Source: Polyangiales bacterium (GTDB taxonomy: Bacteria; Myxococcota_A; Polyangia; Polyangiales; Ga0077539). Taken from it: 64,000 nucleotides of DNA. Shown piece after piece: positions 39,101-49,187 of this stretch. The notes beneath the pieces were generated by a model, which worked only from the letters and a program-made list of their open reading frames with translations, searched no databases and was not told the DNA's origin. The stretch spans positions 1-64,000 of the forward strand of contig JBGARZ010000015.1 of NCBI GenBank assembly GCA_044229975.1, given 5' to 3'. Position 1 is the stretch's first letter, and each line of letters begins with the position of its first letter. The translations under genes and the position numbers were made by a program.

Positions 39101-40213
39101 AGAGCGTAAGTAAATCAAGGCACTTTTCAGGGGTGTCGGCTGGGCTCGCGGGGATGGCGTTTCGCGACCTTCCGGGGTCGCGGCGGGCGCGCCGAGGCGG
39201 TCTCGGCCCTGGCACGGAGGTTGCCGAACCCCACCAAGCGCCATGCCGGCGCAGCGCGGCCTTCGGGCGCCCCTTGCGCACGTTCTACTCGGCTGCCTCG
39301 ACGCTACCGGCACCTCGACGGAGGACTCGACTTGCCCAGTACGGAGGCCCTCGAGCGGGCGTGCGCTTCGGCACGTCGGTGGGCTCGCCAATGCCCCGCA
39401 GGTACCGAGCGACGCTGGTCGGATCGGTGACGAGCGCGAGCAGCTTCATCCTTCCGCTGCAGCACGGGCAGGTCAAAACGTCGAACCCAAAGGTCCGTTT
39501 AAGAAGCTCCGCCCACGGACGATAGCCGCCTCGGCGCGGTCTCTCGGGCACGTCCACCGTGGGTATTGGAGCAACCGCCGGCTTCGGCGCCAGACGAGCC
39601 CGAACCTTACTCGCCGACGCGAGCACCCCCGCATACCGAACGGTGTGCAAGCGCGGCGCGGGTACCGACGCCGCGAGACGGCTGAGCAGCGAGAGTGGAT
39701 CCATGTCCACCGCCACCGTGCCGTCCGAAAAAGGCTTCTTCAGCGTGATCCGGACGAGGCCGTCAGGCCCTCGGGTCACGCGTTCCTGCGCGACCGCGGG
39801 GCGCAACACGTACTTCAGCAGTGCCTCCCGGCCAGCTTCGTCGTGCCCACCGGCCCGCGTCGCCGCGTGGAGGGTGAAACCATCGAGCGCGACACACAGC
39901 GGGCGCTCGAACACCATGGGTCGGCACTCGAAGAGCAGCGCGCCTCGGCGCCACTCCGGACCGGCAGGCGGCGTAGTGCCCGAGACCGCCGACGCCGCGA
40001 GCACGGCCCTCCCGTCGCCCTCATCCTCGGAATCGCTGTCCTCGACGAGAAGGCCCCGACGACGAAGCCACTTCACCATCCGGTCGCGCGTGCGCTCCAG
40101 CACCGCCCCCACGTCCCGCGTCGACAGGTGCCGAGCGGCACGGAAGTCGAGCTCGTCGCTCCCCGCGAGCCCAGCCGACACCCCTGAAAAGTGCCTTGAT
40201 TTACTTACGCTCT
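39101..40213 (-). mobile_element. IS91-family remnant bounded by perfect 54-bp inverted repeats
   Basis: 39101-39154 is the exact reverse complement of 40160-40213; encloses a transposase C-terminal half. Confidence 0.88.
39285..40159 (-). pseudogene. C-terminal half of a second, divergent IS91-family transposase
   Basis: GFTLHA, GRE.LLKYVLRP, VRYAGVLA, WAELLKR.FG.DVL.CP.C.G; Zn finger and HUH motif absent. Confidence 0.88.
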
Positions 40214-41108
40214 CGGACTGGGTAAGACCGAGGCAGTAGCCGTAGAGGGTCTCGAGCTCGGCGTCGTCGTTCTTCGGGGTCTGCTCGCGGAGCTCGCGGA
40301 GGAGCACGAGCGCGGAGGGGAGCTCGGCGCGACGGACGAGGCCGCGCGCTTTGAGCCGCGCGAGGACCGGATCGCGGGCCGCCTCGCCCTTGGTCGAAGG
40401 GGGCGGAGGCTCGGGCGTGCTCGCGGGCGCCTTCTGCGCGTTCATGATCCGCGGCTCGCTCATCGGCGGCTCTTTGCGCGGATCGTAGGGCTCCGCGCGC
40501 TTCTGCACACCGGAGATGGGGATCTCGACCGACGGAGGCCGGAGCGGGCTCGGGGCGCGGAACTGCATCGACGCGCGGCGGAGCGCCTCCGTCTCGGGGG
40601 TGACCGTGGCGACACGAGCGCGCCGGAGGAGCAGGAGGGCGTACACGATTCGCGCATCGACCGCCGACACGCGCGAGAGCTCGAACGCGCTGAGCGGCTT
40701 CGGCTCCGACAAGAGCTTCGCGACGCGCGCCTCGGCGTCGGAAAGCTCGAGGTCGGCGAGCTGCTCGAGGAGGCCGAAACCCGATGCACCTTGCACGTAT
40801 CCCGCGAGCACGATCGGCCGATCGCCGACGCGATCGAGGGCTTCTCGTGCGCGGGGGGGCAAGAACACCTCGCGGAGACCACGGAGCACGGCGCGCCCCA
40901 CCGACACCGGCACGTCGTCGCGCCCATAGGTGGGGATGAGGTCGAGGCGGTCGTAGAAGCCGAACCGGGTGCTGCCCGGAAGGTGGAAGAGAGACGCGAG
41001 CTTGCGCGTGAGCTGCTCGCCGACCGCGATCGCGACGAGGTCGGGGGACACCATGCCCCGCTCCTTCACGATGTCCCCGAAGAGCACCTTCGGCGTACGG
41101 GTGGAGGC
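40214..41108 (-). pseudogene. Internal fragment of a myxobacterial DUF4388/DnaJ-associated-type protein gene
   Basis: LFGDIV...EQL.RKL..LF.LP..T.F.FY motif, Pro-rich linker, start of a TPR-like helix; cut at both ends by repeats. Confidence 0.6.
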
Positions 41109-41288
41109 CATCCAGCGTCCGATCCCTCCTCTCTGTGACCACAATAGCGTGCAGGTACAGTAGGTTACAGAATCAATATTACACGCAACAGTAAAATGTA
41201 GGCGCACGGTCTGCACCGCGGCGACGTCTGGTTGGGCCGACCGACGGGGTGCTCCTCAAGCCCACGCGGCATTGGACGCCCTATCCAC
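41109..41288 (+). repeat. 180-bp module, copy 2
   Basis: Identical to 37693-37872, with unrelated flanks. Confidence 0.95.
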
Positions 41289-41351
41289 CGGTCTCCTGGG
41301 GGTGCGCCTGCGCTGTCGACGCCTACGGGTCGCGGTTCTCCCCAGGCAGCG

Positions 41352-42398
41352 TCACTGCCGCATGCAGCGGAACCCGACGCCGGTCGAGTACGACACCTCG
41401 AGGCCCTCGCGGTACCAGGCGCGCACGTCGTTGGCGCTGGTGCTGCGCCAGTTGCCTCCACGGATGATCCGGATCGTGCTGCCCCCCGTGCTCACGGGGT
41501 CGTCCACGTACGTGGTCATATTGCCCGTATAGGTGAAATACCGGTCCGAGGTGAGCTCGGCGATGCCCCCGCCCATATCGAACAACCCACGAGCCCCTGC
41601 GGGGAACATGCGCACCGGGCAGGTGTTCGGCTGGATGGTGCCGCCGCCACTCCAGCACAGTTGAGCGCCGGGCGCCTCTGGCCCCCACGGGTACATCCGT
41701 CCGTCGACCCCGCGCGCCGCGTACTCCCACTGCGCTTCGGTGGGGAGGCTCGCGCCACCGCGCCACACGCAGTACGCGATCGCCTGCTCCGCCGTGACGC
41801 AGTTGATCGGGTGATCGTCGCGCCCGGAGACGCCCCAATTGCAGGCCGGGAGCGTCGCCGTCGGCGTGCACCCCATCGCGGTCGGACACTCGCGATAAGC
41901 GCGCACGGTCACCTCGGTGACGTCCAGGCAGAACGCCCTCAAGCGAACGCCATGCACCGGCAGGGCGAGCGGCTCCGTCCCCGTCGCATCCCCCATCAGG
42001 AACTGACCTGCGGGGATGAGCGCCATGCCCGCAGGACAGCCCGTCCCCGTGTCGGTTGTCCCGACGTCGGTTGTCCCGATGTCGGTTGTCCCGATGTCGG
42101 TTGTCCCGATGTCGGTTGTCCCGATGTCGGTTGAGCCGATGTCGGTTGAGCCGATGTCGGTTGTCCCGATGTCGGTTGAGCCGGAGTCCGCGGGAGGGGC
42201 GTCGATCGCCAGGGGGCGGTCGTCGGGGGCATCCGTCGCGACGTCCGATGGGCTGCCTGCGTCCGGCGAGCGCGAGTAGTACCTCCAATCGTCGCGGACA
42301 CAGGCGAGCGCGCCCACGACGGTCCAGAGCGCGACGAGTCGACCTACCCGGCGGAGAGGCATCGGCAGACCGTCCCCCGCAGCGGTCGGCGCTGTCAA
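41352..42398 (-). CDS. Formylglycine-generating-enzyme (FGE/SUMF1) domain lipoprotein
   Basis: G.F.MG, D.TEVT, P.NCV, LPTEAQWEYAARG, RGG.W, GFRC; start uncertain. Confidence 0.9.
   Translation of the reverse strand: MTAPTAAGDGLPMPLRRVGRLVALWTVVGALACVRDDWRYYSRSPDAGSPSDVATDAPDDRPLAIDAPPADSGSTDIGTTDIGSTDIGSTDIGTTDIGTTDIGTTDIGTTDVGTTDTGTGCPAGMALIPAGQFLMGDATGTEPLALPVHGVRLRAFCLDVTEVTVRAYRECPTAMGCTPTATLPACNWGVSGRDDHPINCVTAEQAIAYCVWRGGASLPTEAQWEYAARGVDGRMYPWGPEAPGAQLCWSGGGTIQPNTCPVRMFPAGARGLFDMGGGIAELTSDRYFTYTGNMTTYVDDPVSTGGSTIRIIRGGNWRSTSANDVRAWYREGLEVSYSTGVGFRCMRQ
42051..42183. repeat. 15-bp coding tandem repeat (about 9 units, (T/S)TDIG)
   Basis: gtcggttgtcccgat / gtcggttgagccgat units. Confidence 0.9.
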
Positions 42399-42453
42399 CG
42401 CCGATGGGCATGGCGGGCCGCTGCGCAGAGACCCCGCGGCGCCGCCCTGGACG

Positions 42454-42939
42454 TCAGTCGCGCGTCACCCCGGCATCGCACACCGCGCGGACGACGCAGC
42501 GCCATCGCAGACCAGCCTCCGCCGCGCCGCAGTAGCAGTCCCAGTCGAGGAGCCTCCGGTTGCCCGGGCTGCCGCAGTTCCACCAATTCTCGCAGTAGAC
42601 GCCTGGCGTGTCGCACTGGCCCTGGTCGCCCGACGGGTCGAACTGGAAGCAGGTGTGGAGGTCACCCTCGCAGTCGAAGAAGCGCATCAACTCGGCGCAC
42701 GAGCGCACGCGCCCACCGACCTCGCTCGCCATCACGGGACGATCGAAGCCGACATCCGGGGCGGGAACATCCGATGCGACCGTGGCATCCATCGCGTCGA
42801 TGTCGTTCACATCGGACACGTCGGACGCATCGATCACGGCTGCATCCGCGCTCGCGTCCGTCGGGCCGCGCGGGTCTTCGTCGCACCCCATGGCGAGCGC
42901 CGCGATCAGCGCTCCGAGTCCGTGAACACGCTCCACCAT
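42454..42939 (-). CDS. Small Cys-containing lipoprotein
   Basis: LAMGC lipobox, DA-rich linker. Confidence 0.65.
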   Translation of the reverse strand: MVERVHGLGALIAALAMGCDEDPRGPTDASADAAVIDASDVSDVNDIDAMDATVASDVPAPDVGFDRPVMASEVGGRVRSCAELMRFFDCEGDLHTCFQFDPSGDQGQCDTPGVYCENWWNCGSPGNRRLLDWDCYCGAAEAGLRWRCVVRAVCDAGVTRD

Positions 42940-43183
42940 CTGATCACGAGTGGTACATCCAAAGCGGCCGCCAGGCGCGCGACGGGGAGTCACCGGCGGT
43001 AGCGGTCGACGAGGTCGCCACGGCCATGGCGATCGCGGTCGCATCATACCGGAGCCGCTGTACGGTCAACCTGGCGGGCCGTGGTGGCCGGGGACCGACG
43101 AAGCGGTGGAGGCCTCGTTTTTACCGAGAAGTGTATGCACCGAAGGGTCCGTGTCCCCTTCGGAGTCCAGAGACCTCTCTGCG

Positions 43184-43397
43184 GTTCGACGCGATGGTCG
43201 GCAGTCCCGTGAGCCAGACCCGGAGCGCGAGCGACGGCCACTGCCGACGCGACGCCCGCGTTGCCAGATTGCTTTCCGGCACGTGGAGATCGCTCTTCGA
43301 AAGCGTCGTCGGAGTTCTCGACTGGCAACGCGAGCGTCGCGTCCCGTGGCTCGCGCTCCGGGTCTGGCTCAGGGGACTGCCGACCATCGCGTCGAAC
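43184..43397. repeat. Long intergenic inverted repeat (arms about 80 bp)
   Basis: 43184-43267 pairs with 43322-43397 with a few mismatches and one indel. Confidence 0.88.
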
Positions 43398-43465
43398 TGG
43401 AGATGGCATCGCCGTCGACTGGCCCGACGTTGACCCATCCACGGTCGCTCGGCGAAGGTTCCGCC

Positions 43466-45319
43466 ATGAGCACCCGACCGACCGCCGCATCGTGGACCCT
43501 GCTCGTGGTCGCCCTCGCCGCGTCGGCCTGCTCGTCGGACAACCTGGTCGCGGGCGTCGACGGCGGCGGCTCCGTCGATGTCCCCATCATCACCAATGAC
43601 CTCGGCGCAACCATAGATGCGCCCGTCGATGTGTCCACGATCGACGCTCCTGCGGTCGACGTGCCCTTCCGATGCGCCTCCGAGGCCGACTGCTCGGGCA
43701 ACACCACGGGCTCCGTCTGCGATGTGGCCACTGGCCGCTGCGTTGCCTGCACCGCCGCGCGCGACGTGTGCCCGACCGGCCAGCGCTGCGACGACGCGAG
43801 CCACGCGTGCGTCGCCGGGTGCCGCGACGACTCCTCGTGCGCCACGACCACGGGAGCCGACAGCTCGGTCGGCGCTCGCCGCCGCTGCGACCTCAACTCG
43901 CGCGCCTGCGTCGACTGCCTCGTCAACGACGACTGTCCCGCCGGGACCCTCTGCGTCGGCAACCTCTGCGTCGCCGGCTGCGCCGGTGGGAGCCGCTGTC
44001 CCACGGGCCAGAGCTGCTGCGCCGGCGCGTGCGTCGACACGCTCGCCAACGTGGCGCACTGCGGCCGATGTGATGCGCGGTGCAGCGTTCCCAACGGGGG
44101 CGCCTCGTGCCTCAACGGCGCATGCTCGGTGGCCACCTGCGCGGCCCCGTACGGTGACTGCGACCGCGACGCCGCCAACGGGTGCGAGACCAACACGCTC
44201 ACCGCCGTCGCCCACTGCGGCGCGTGCGGCGCCGCCTGCCCCACGCGCGCCAACGCCAGCGCCACCTGCGCGGGCGCGACCTGCGGGTACACCTGCAACG
44301 CGGGCTTCGCCGACTGCGACGGCGACGCGACCAACGGCTGCGAGGTCGACACCCGCACCGACACCGCCCACTGCGGAACCTGCACGACGATGTGCTCGCT
44401 CCCGCGTGCAACAGCGGCGTGCGTGGCAGGCGGGTGCCAGGTCACGGCCTGCACCGCGGGCTACGCGGACTGCGACGGCGCAGCGTCCAACGGCTGCGAG
44501 AGCGACACGCGGGTCGACGTCTCCCATTGCGGCGGGTGCGGTCGGGCCTGCGCCGTCCGACCGAACGCGGCGCCCGCCTGCGTAGGCTCCGCCTGCGTGA
44601 CGACGTGCATCGCGGGGTACTCCGACTGCAACACCGTCGAGGCCGACGGGTGCGAGCGCAACCTGCGCAACGACCCGGCCAACTGCGGCGCGTGCGGGCG
44701 CGCGTGCGGAGCGGGCGGTGCGTGCTGCGAGGCGACCTGCGCGACGACCGCCAGCGACCCGGCCAACTGCGGCGCGTGCGGGCACGCATGCGCAGCGAAC
44801 GAGGCCTGCGAGTCGGGTCGCTGCCAGGCCGCGCTCGGGTGCGCGTCGGGGCCGAGGCGGGGGTTCACGGACGTCGCTGCGTTTCCGCGCATCGCGGCGT
44901 GTGGGGCGCGGGTGAGCTTCGCGGCGGCGACGACGACGGCGGCCACGGTGTGCGCGCCGGGCTGGCACTTCTGCAACCCCGCCGACCTCAACGCGACGAC
45001 GGGGACAGCGCCGGACTTCGTCCCGGCCGACGCGATGGGGTGGGTGCTCTACACCGACCCGACGACGACGGTGTGGGGCGACTACTCGGTCGCCGCGTGC
45101 GGCGGGGTGACGCCCGCGGTGGCGAACCTCGCGGGCACTGGTGCGTGCACGGCTTCGGGGGTCTACCCCGAGGGCTGGCGGCTCGCGACGTCGACGTCGT
45201 ACTGGCCGTGGTCGCACCGCAGCAGCAGCGGGTGCGTCGAGCACGCGGTGCACATGTGCATCACCGACGGCGGGACGATCCCGGCGACGACGGCGTACGT
45301 GCTCTGCTGCGCGCCCTGA
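43466..45319 (+). CDS. Cys-rich repeat surface lipoprotein
   Basis: ASAC lipobox; repeats of C..G.ADCD...NGCE......HCG.CG..C. Confidence 0.85.
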   Translation: MSTRPTAASWTLLVVALAASACSSDNLVAGVDGGGSVDVPIITNDLGATIDAPVDVSTIDAPAVDVPFRCASEADCSGNTTGSVCDVATGRCVACTAARDVCPTGQRCDDASHACVAGCRDDSSCATTTGADSSVGARRRCDLNSRACVDCLVNDDCPAGTLCVGNLCVAGCAGGSRCPTGQSCCAGACVDTLANVAHCGRCDARCSVPNGGASCLNGACSVATCAAPYGDCDRDAANGCETNTLTAVAHCGACGAACPTRANASATCAGATCGYTCNAGFADCDGDATNGCEVDTRTDTAHCGTCTTMCSLPRATAACVAGGCQVTACTAGYADCDGAASNGCESDTRVDVSHCGGCGRACAVRPNAAPACVGSACVTTCIAGYSDCNTVEADGCERNLRNDPANCGACGRACGAGGACCEATCATTASDPANCGACGHACAANEACESGRCQAALGCASGPRRGFTDVAAFPRIAACGARVSFAAATTTAATVCAPGWHFCNPADLNATTGTAPDFVPADAMGWVLYTDPTTTVWGDYSVAACGGVTPAVANLAGTGACTASGVYPEGWRLATSTSYWPWSHRSSSGCVEHAVHMCITDGGTIPATTAYVLCCAP

Positions 45320-45364
45320 TTCTCTCCCGACGGCTCCGCGCGGCAATGCAGCGTATCGAGACCT

Positions 45365-46276
45365 TCAGCGTGACGCTTCGTTCACGAGCCAATCGCGGAA
45401 GGCGACCAGCTTCGGAAGGGCGGCGCGCTCGGGCCGATAGACGATGTAATAGGCAAGCACCGAGGAGAACTCGACGTCGGGGAAGAGCCGCACCAGCCGG
45501 CCCGCCGCCAGGTCGTCCCGCGCCATGATGCTGCGGGCCAACGCCACGCCCAGCCCGTCGATCGCCGCCTGGAGCACCCCGGCGGAGTTGTTGATCCGTA
45601 GGCCTCGCTTCGTTTTGACGTCGCCCATCCCGGCCTTCTCCAACCACGCGTCCCACGTCGCGAAGCCGGAGTGCGCGTCGACCGACAGGTCGTGGATGAG
45701 GCTCGGTCCGGCAAGGTCCGCCGGCCTGCGAAATCGGCGGTTTCGCTGGAAGACGGCCGGAGAACAGACGGGATAGATCTCCTCGTCCATGAGCTTCTCG
45801 GCAGTCAGGCCCGGCCACGTCCCGGCGCCGTAGCGCACCCCGATGTCGATGCCGCGTGCGGCGAAGTCGAGCACCTCCATGGAGGCGTCGAGCCTCACGT
45901 CCGTGTCGGGCCACCGCGCTTGAAACCGCTCGATGCGTGGAAGTAGCCACTTGGCCGCGAAGGCCGGGCTGACGGTCACGGTCAACACGCCGTTGGCCGA
46001 CCCCTCCTTGAGTCGCGCAAAGCCGAGGCTCAACCGGTCGAACCCCGCGCGGATGTCAGGCAGGGCGCGCTGAGCCGCCTCGGTCGGCACAAGCCGCGTC
46101 CGGCCGCTCGTACTTCGATGAAACAGCGCCGTGCCGAGCGTCTCCTCCAGGCTTCGTACGAGCTGCCCGACGGCCGCGGGCGTCACGTGGAGCTCGGACG
46201 CGGCGGCCGAGAAGCTCTCGTGCCGAGCGCTCGCCTCGAAGGCGCGCAGCGCGTTCAGATGATCGGGCGCCCTCAA
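45365..46276 (-). CDS. LysR-family regulator (GcvA-like)
   Basis: LNALRAFEASARH.SF..AA.EL.VT..AV..., KWLLPR...F. Confidence 0.93.
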   Translation of the reverse strand: MRAPDHLNALRAFEASARHESFSAAASELHVTPAAVGQLVRSLEETLGTALFHRSTSGRTRLVPTEAAQRALPDIRAGFDRLSLGFARLKEGSANGVLTVTVSPAFAAKWLLPRIERFQARWPDTDVRLDASMEVLDFAARGIDIGVRYGAGTWPGLTAEKLMDEEIYPVCSPAVFQRNRRFRRPADLAGPSLIHDLSVDAHSGFATWDAWLEKAGMGDVKTKRGLRINNSAGVLQAAIDGLGVALARSIMARDDLAAGRLVRLFPDVEFSSVLAYYIVYRPERAALPKLVAFRDWLVNEASR

Positions 46277-46489
46277 GGACGGCCAAGACTTTCTTTGCCA
46301 GCAACCAAGATCTTATGCTTTGCGATGTCCCGCCTTCGCATCGATATTGGAGTCTCACGGATCGAGGAAAACTCCCGACGTCGGCGCGACACGGCCCCTT
46401 GGGTCACACGAACCCAGGCCTGCCGTCAAGAGCGCTTGTCGGGACAGTTTTTCTTTCACACAACGCCTCGTGTCCCAAGGAGAACCCCA

Positions 46490-46771
46490 ATGGTCTATTT
46501 GCAAATCACCCTACAGATCGCCCCCGCCAACCGACCCGCGGCTGCGGATGTCTACCGGCGCTATCGGTCGCCCTTTCTCGACACGGTCGCCGGGGCGAAG
46601 TCGAAGGTCCTGCTCGTCCGCGAGGACGACGTCCAGGTGCTGCACGGCTTCGATACGGCAGAACAGGCGAACGCCTACCTGAAGAGCGCTCTCTTCACGG
46701 CCGACGTCGTCGGCGCGCTCAAGCCGCTGCTCGCCGCCGCGCCGGACGTCCGGGTCTATCAAGCGGCCTGA
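46490..46771 (+). CDS. Small conserved-looking protein divergent from the LysR gene
   Basis: AAGGAG RBS; MVYLQITL...LLVREDDVQVLHGF. Confidence 0.8.
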   Translation: MVYLQITLQIAPANRPAAADVYRRYRSPFLDTVAGAKSKVLLVREDDVQVLHGFDTAEQANAYLKSALFTADVVGALKPLLAAAPDVRVYQAA

Positions 46772-46802
46772 CGCCCTCCCGCGCAGGCGACTACGCCGAC
46801 GC

Positions 46803-47399
46803 TCACCCCAGCACGCGCACCCTGAACCCTCCGAGCAGGGTCACCACCTTCGTCAGCGGCAGCCCGATCACCGCCGTGAAGTCGTCTCCGCGTATCCCCT
46901 CGAAGAGCGCGATGCCCAGCGACTCCACCCGGTACGAGCCCGCGCAGTCCAGCGGCGCGTCCCTCGCCACGTAGTCCGCGATCTCCTCGTCCGTCAGCGC
47001 CCGCATCGTCAGCGTGTGCGTGTCGATCATCGTCTCGGTGCGACCGCTCGCCCGGTGATGCACCGCCACCGCCGTGTGCTGCCGGTGCTCACGGCCCGCC
47101 AGCCGCCTCAGCTGAGCCCTCGCCCGCTCCGCTGTATGCGGCTTGCCCAGCGCCTCGCCGTCGACCTCGCCCATCTGGTCGGCGCCGATGATCACCGCGT
47201 CTGGAAACGCCTCGCCCAGACCCACAGCCTTCCCGATGGCCAGCACTCGGGCTCGCTCGGGGATGGGCAGCGCGCCGAGTCCGTCCTTCGCGGCCTCCTC
47301 GTCGAAGGGCGTCGCCATACACTGCACGGTAATCCCGAGCCGCTCGATGAGCTCCCGGCGGTACCGCGACGTCGATGCGAGGATCACCGTCGTCGTCAT
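46803..47399 (-). CDS. maf: Maf-family nucleoside triphosphate pyrophosphatase (YceF-like)
   Basis: ILASTS.YRRELI, IGADQ, GKP, PLDCAGSY..E, GLPL. Confidence 0.92.
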   Translation of the reverse strand: MTTTVILASTSRYRRELIERLGITVQCMATPFDEEAAKDGLGALPIPERARVLAIGKAVGLGEAFPDAVIIGADQMGEVDGEALGKPHTAERARAQLRRLAGREHRQHTAVAVHHRASGRTETMIDTHTLTMRALTDEEIADYVARDAPLDCAGSYRVESLGIALFEGIRGDDFTAVIGLPLTKVVTLLGGFRVRVLG

Positions 47400-48002
47400 G
47401 CGAGTGGATCGTCCACTTCGACCTCCGCCGCCCGCTGCCGCCGCGCCGCCAGCCGAGACTGCGCGTACTTCACCAGCGGTTCGACGTACGCGTCGAACGG
47501 CGGACACTCCACCCCGCGCGCCATGAGCAGGCCGCGCGCCCCCGTGTCGGCGTAGCGCGCCCTCGTGGCGAGGCGATCGACGAAGGCCCGCGGGCTGCGG
47601 GTGAGCCGCTCCAACCCCGGCGTGTTGAGCAGCGCCCGTGTGAGGTTCACCGGAACCATCCCCCGCGGAACCCTCCGCCCCGCCACCTGCGCGATGCGCT
47701 CGAAGGCCGCACCCGTCGACGGTGGCGTCGGGTCGACCACATGGAAGGTTCGCCCCACCGCTTCGCGTGCCGCCCCGAGCGCAACCCCCGCCCGCGCCAC
47801 GTGATCGACCGGAACCACATGCAGCGGCAGGTCACCGCCCGCCGGCAATGGGAGCTGCATGTCCACCGGCGAGCTCAGCATCAACACGATGAAGAGGTAC
47901 GGCCCGTCGAAGAGGTCGATCTCGCCGGTCTGCGAGTCGCCCACGATCATCGACGCGCGCAGCACCGTCACCGGCAGCGTGGTCATCGCGCGTCGCAGCA
48001 GC
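47396..48002 (-). pseudogene. 3' fragment of an extended-SDR / male-sterility-type oxidoreductase
   Basis: LPVTVLR.S.IVGDSQTGEI..FDGPY, VPVD.VA, TFH.VDP; the N-terminal Rossmann fold is missing, cut at module copy 3. Confidence 0.82.
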
Positions 48003-48175
48003 CATCCAGCGTCCGATCCCTCCTCTCTGTGACCACAATAGCGTGCAGGTACAGTAGGTTACAGAATCAATATTACACGCAATAGTAAAATGTAGGCGCA
48101 CGGTCTGCACCGCGGCGACGTCTGGTTGGGCCGACCGACGGGGTGCTCCTCAAGCCCACGCGGCATTGGACGCCC

Positions 48176-49187
48176 GGCTCATGTTCCCCTCGGGGTGATG
48201 GGCCTGAGCAACTGGGCGAGGAAGCCCAGGAAGTCGTGCCGGAAGTTGTGCATGCCTTGGTAGAAGGCCAGGTAGAGGTCGAGGTTCCACTTGCTCACGC
48301 CGCGGAAGGGTCGGAGGTAGTTCCGCAGGCCGAGCCAGAAGCCCTCGATGGTGTTGGAGTGCACCTCTCGGATGCCGTCCCCATCATCGTCGCGCGCCCA
48401 CTCCTTGCGCTTGTGGTTGACCGAGAAGCGCGTTCGACCTCGGTCGTCTAGGTCGTCGTAGGCATGCCACTCATCGGTGTGGACCTCGGTGCCGGGGTCC
48501 GTCACGCGCAGGACCACGGGCTCGATCGCCTTCACCGTGCTGCGATACGTCTGCCGCAGGAACACTTGACCGGACTCCCGGCCAATCACTCCGAGAATGG
48601 GCGGGCGATCGTTGTCGAAAGTGCCATGTCCATTGAAGTGATGGCCGCGCCGACGCGGTGGGTCATCGGGATCGGGATGGGGGCGGCCCTTCTCCCCGGC
48701 GTTCTGGTACATCTCGTCGGCTTCCACGAGACGATCGGGCAGGGCGCAGGGGGGAAAAGCGTTCAAGCGCCATGCCCTGAACGCGGTGTCGCAGTCGGAG
48801 CAGGTTGCGTCGACCGACACCAAGCTCCTGCGACAGATGCAGCGTAGTAACGCCCTGACAGAAGCCGCGCAGGATCATGACCAATCGCGGGGACGAGAAG
48901 CGCACTCCCTGAAGCGGCGTGCCGGTGAACACGTTGAAGACCTTGCCGCAGGCGCGACAGCGGTAGTCCACCACGGGCTCACGGTGACGATCATGGGGCG
49001 CTTGATCGTCGGGTAGCTCGTGTCCCTCGGGGCAGCGGAGGCCCTCCGGGTGGATCGCCTCCAGCAGCAGCCGGTAGCACGCGCCCTCGTCCAGCAGGTC
49101 GTCGATCGGGAACAGCATCGTGCCTGATCCGTACCTCCAACCGGAGCTCCCCGGAAGGGGGCGTTCACCCCGAGGGGAACATGAGCC
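48176..49187 (-). mobile_element. IS1595-family insertion sequence (1012 bp)
   Basis: Perfect 23-bp IR GGCTCATGTTCCCCTCGGGGTGA; 8-bp TSD GGACGCCC at 48168-75 and 49188-95. Confidence 0.93.
48179..49118 (-). CDS. IS1595 transposase split over two frames
   Basis: OrfA: Zn ribbon (CP.G...YRCRACG..F...TGT) and HTH; OrfB: VEADEMY, TDEW..Y, VNH, H.NTIEGFW; frames overlap at TTTTCCCCCC. Confidence 0.85.

Noticed and set aside
41109..41216. Peptide MQTVRLHF... encoded by the module as a real N-terminus
   Set aside because: It appears only because the repeat lacks stops in that frame; composition is not host-like.
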